Below the pieces are notes generated by a model. The model was not told the DNA's origin, did not search any database, and was given only the letters and a program-made list of their open reading frames with translations. This document shows positions 63,154-64,000 of a stretch of 64,000 bases of DNA, piece after piece. The position numbers were made by a program, and so were the translations under genes. This DNA comes from Tubulanus polymorphus (taxonomy: Eukaryota > Animalia > Nemertea), in the NCBI RefSeq assembly GCF_964204645.1, contig NC_134030.1, positions 22,466,210 through 22,530,209 of the forward strand, in the 5' to 3' direction. The first letter of the stretch is position 1. The number at the start of each line of letters is the position of its first letter.

Positions 63154-64000
63154 ATGATTTTCATCGGTCCCGGAGCGTTCCGTTTGCCGGTTACCGCTCA
63201 GTCGAATAGGAATAAACAAATACCGCTCGAGAATGAATCAGGTAAACGTTTCAATTAAACCAATTAAATAAACCTTACTTAAGAGTAGCGAAGTTAATTG
63301 AACTAATTTGCACATTCGAAAAAAATTGAACTTTTGAACATCATCTGGGAATAACTACTTGAACTGAGGCTAGATAAAATATTCACTTGTAATTAATTCA
63401 CCTTCAATTGAAATGATGGCATCTAATTTGGGTTATTTGATCAAACGGTAATTAATCTTTGTGAACTAATCAAATTGTAACCCATCTTAGACTAATTAAT
63501 CTAATTTTCCTAACCGAACCAATCTCTGATTAAAAAAAAAAGAATTTTCGTTTTCCAGACATGGATTTGAACCAGGTCGAGGAGGAAGGCACGGACAAAC
63601 TGAATACGGAGGATGCTTGTATACTCCGCAATCTGAGCGAACTACCCGACCGGGAACAGCGGGCGTCTTCGCAGAGCTCGTTAGAAATGGCCGACATTCT
63701 AATCGAAATCGACGAACGCCGACGAAAACCACCGCCGGGAATTTATGTAAAAAAGAAATCGCCGAACGACGCAAAGTTTAAGTCGAGTCGAAAGAAGTTG
63801 TTGATCGCGAGTTCGATTCAGCTGATCGCCGGGATTATCTCGTTGTTACTCGCGTGTTTCTGGCTCGCCGCCAACCCGTCGAGCGTCCACGCCGAGAAGG
63901 GTCTCTTATTCGCCGGTTTCGCCGTTTTAACAACGGCCGCCGTATCCGGTATCCGAGGCAACCGCATCGCGCTGATCCGCTGCGCCATTTTCGCCGTTTT
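63154..64000 (+). CDS. Nested multi-pass membrane protein, CD20/MS4A-like, 3'-partial
   Basis: Exon 63109-63241 (ATG at 63154, donor CAG|GTAAAC) splices in frame (G+AC) to an exon starting at 63559 (ttttcgttttccag|; second ATG at 63561) that stays open to the window end: MDLNQVEEEG...KSSRKKLLIASSIQLIAGIISLLLACFWLAANPSSVHAEKGLLFAGFAVLTTAAVSGIRGNRIALIRCAIFAV. Two hydrophobic helices and the start of a third; Q-x-x-x-G in TM1 resembles CD20-family proteins. A putative noncoding first exon spans ~62025-62073 (CAG|GTAAGA). It is absent from the ORF track because there is no stop in the window. Confidence 0.72.

Overview
AT-rich, intron-rich metazoan DNA (invertebrate; the taxon cannot be fixed from the sequence). 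Left part (1-~15.6 kb): a tandem array of ~4.5-6 kb duplicated units, each with an intact 4-exon secreted EPN-type C-type lectin gene on the minus strand. Three complete copies are present, and the array continues left of the window. The coding exons are much more diverged between copies than the introns. Right part (17.5-61 kb, continuing past 64 kb): about 61 minus-strand exons of an axonemal dynein heavy chain-like gene covering linker, AAA1-6, stalk/MTBD and C-sequence. Its primary AAA1 ATPase site has lost Walker A residues, both Walker B acids and the AAA2 arginine finger. It also has several acidic insertion exons and a ~460-aa low-complexity C-terminal extension. Two spliced plus-strand genes are nested in its introns: a 66-aa secreted peptide precursor and a CD20/MS4A-like membrane protein that runs off the window end. 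Introns and spacers hold PIF/Harbinger-type MITEs (CWG target duplications), satellites built from MITE termini, tRNA-derived remnants and Penelope-like elements with minimal hammerhead ribozyme motifs. All exon boundaries were read by hand from GT/AG sites and frame continuity; no transcript or database evidence was available.
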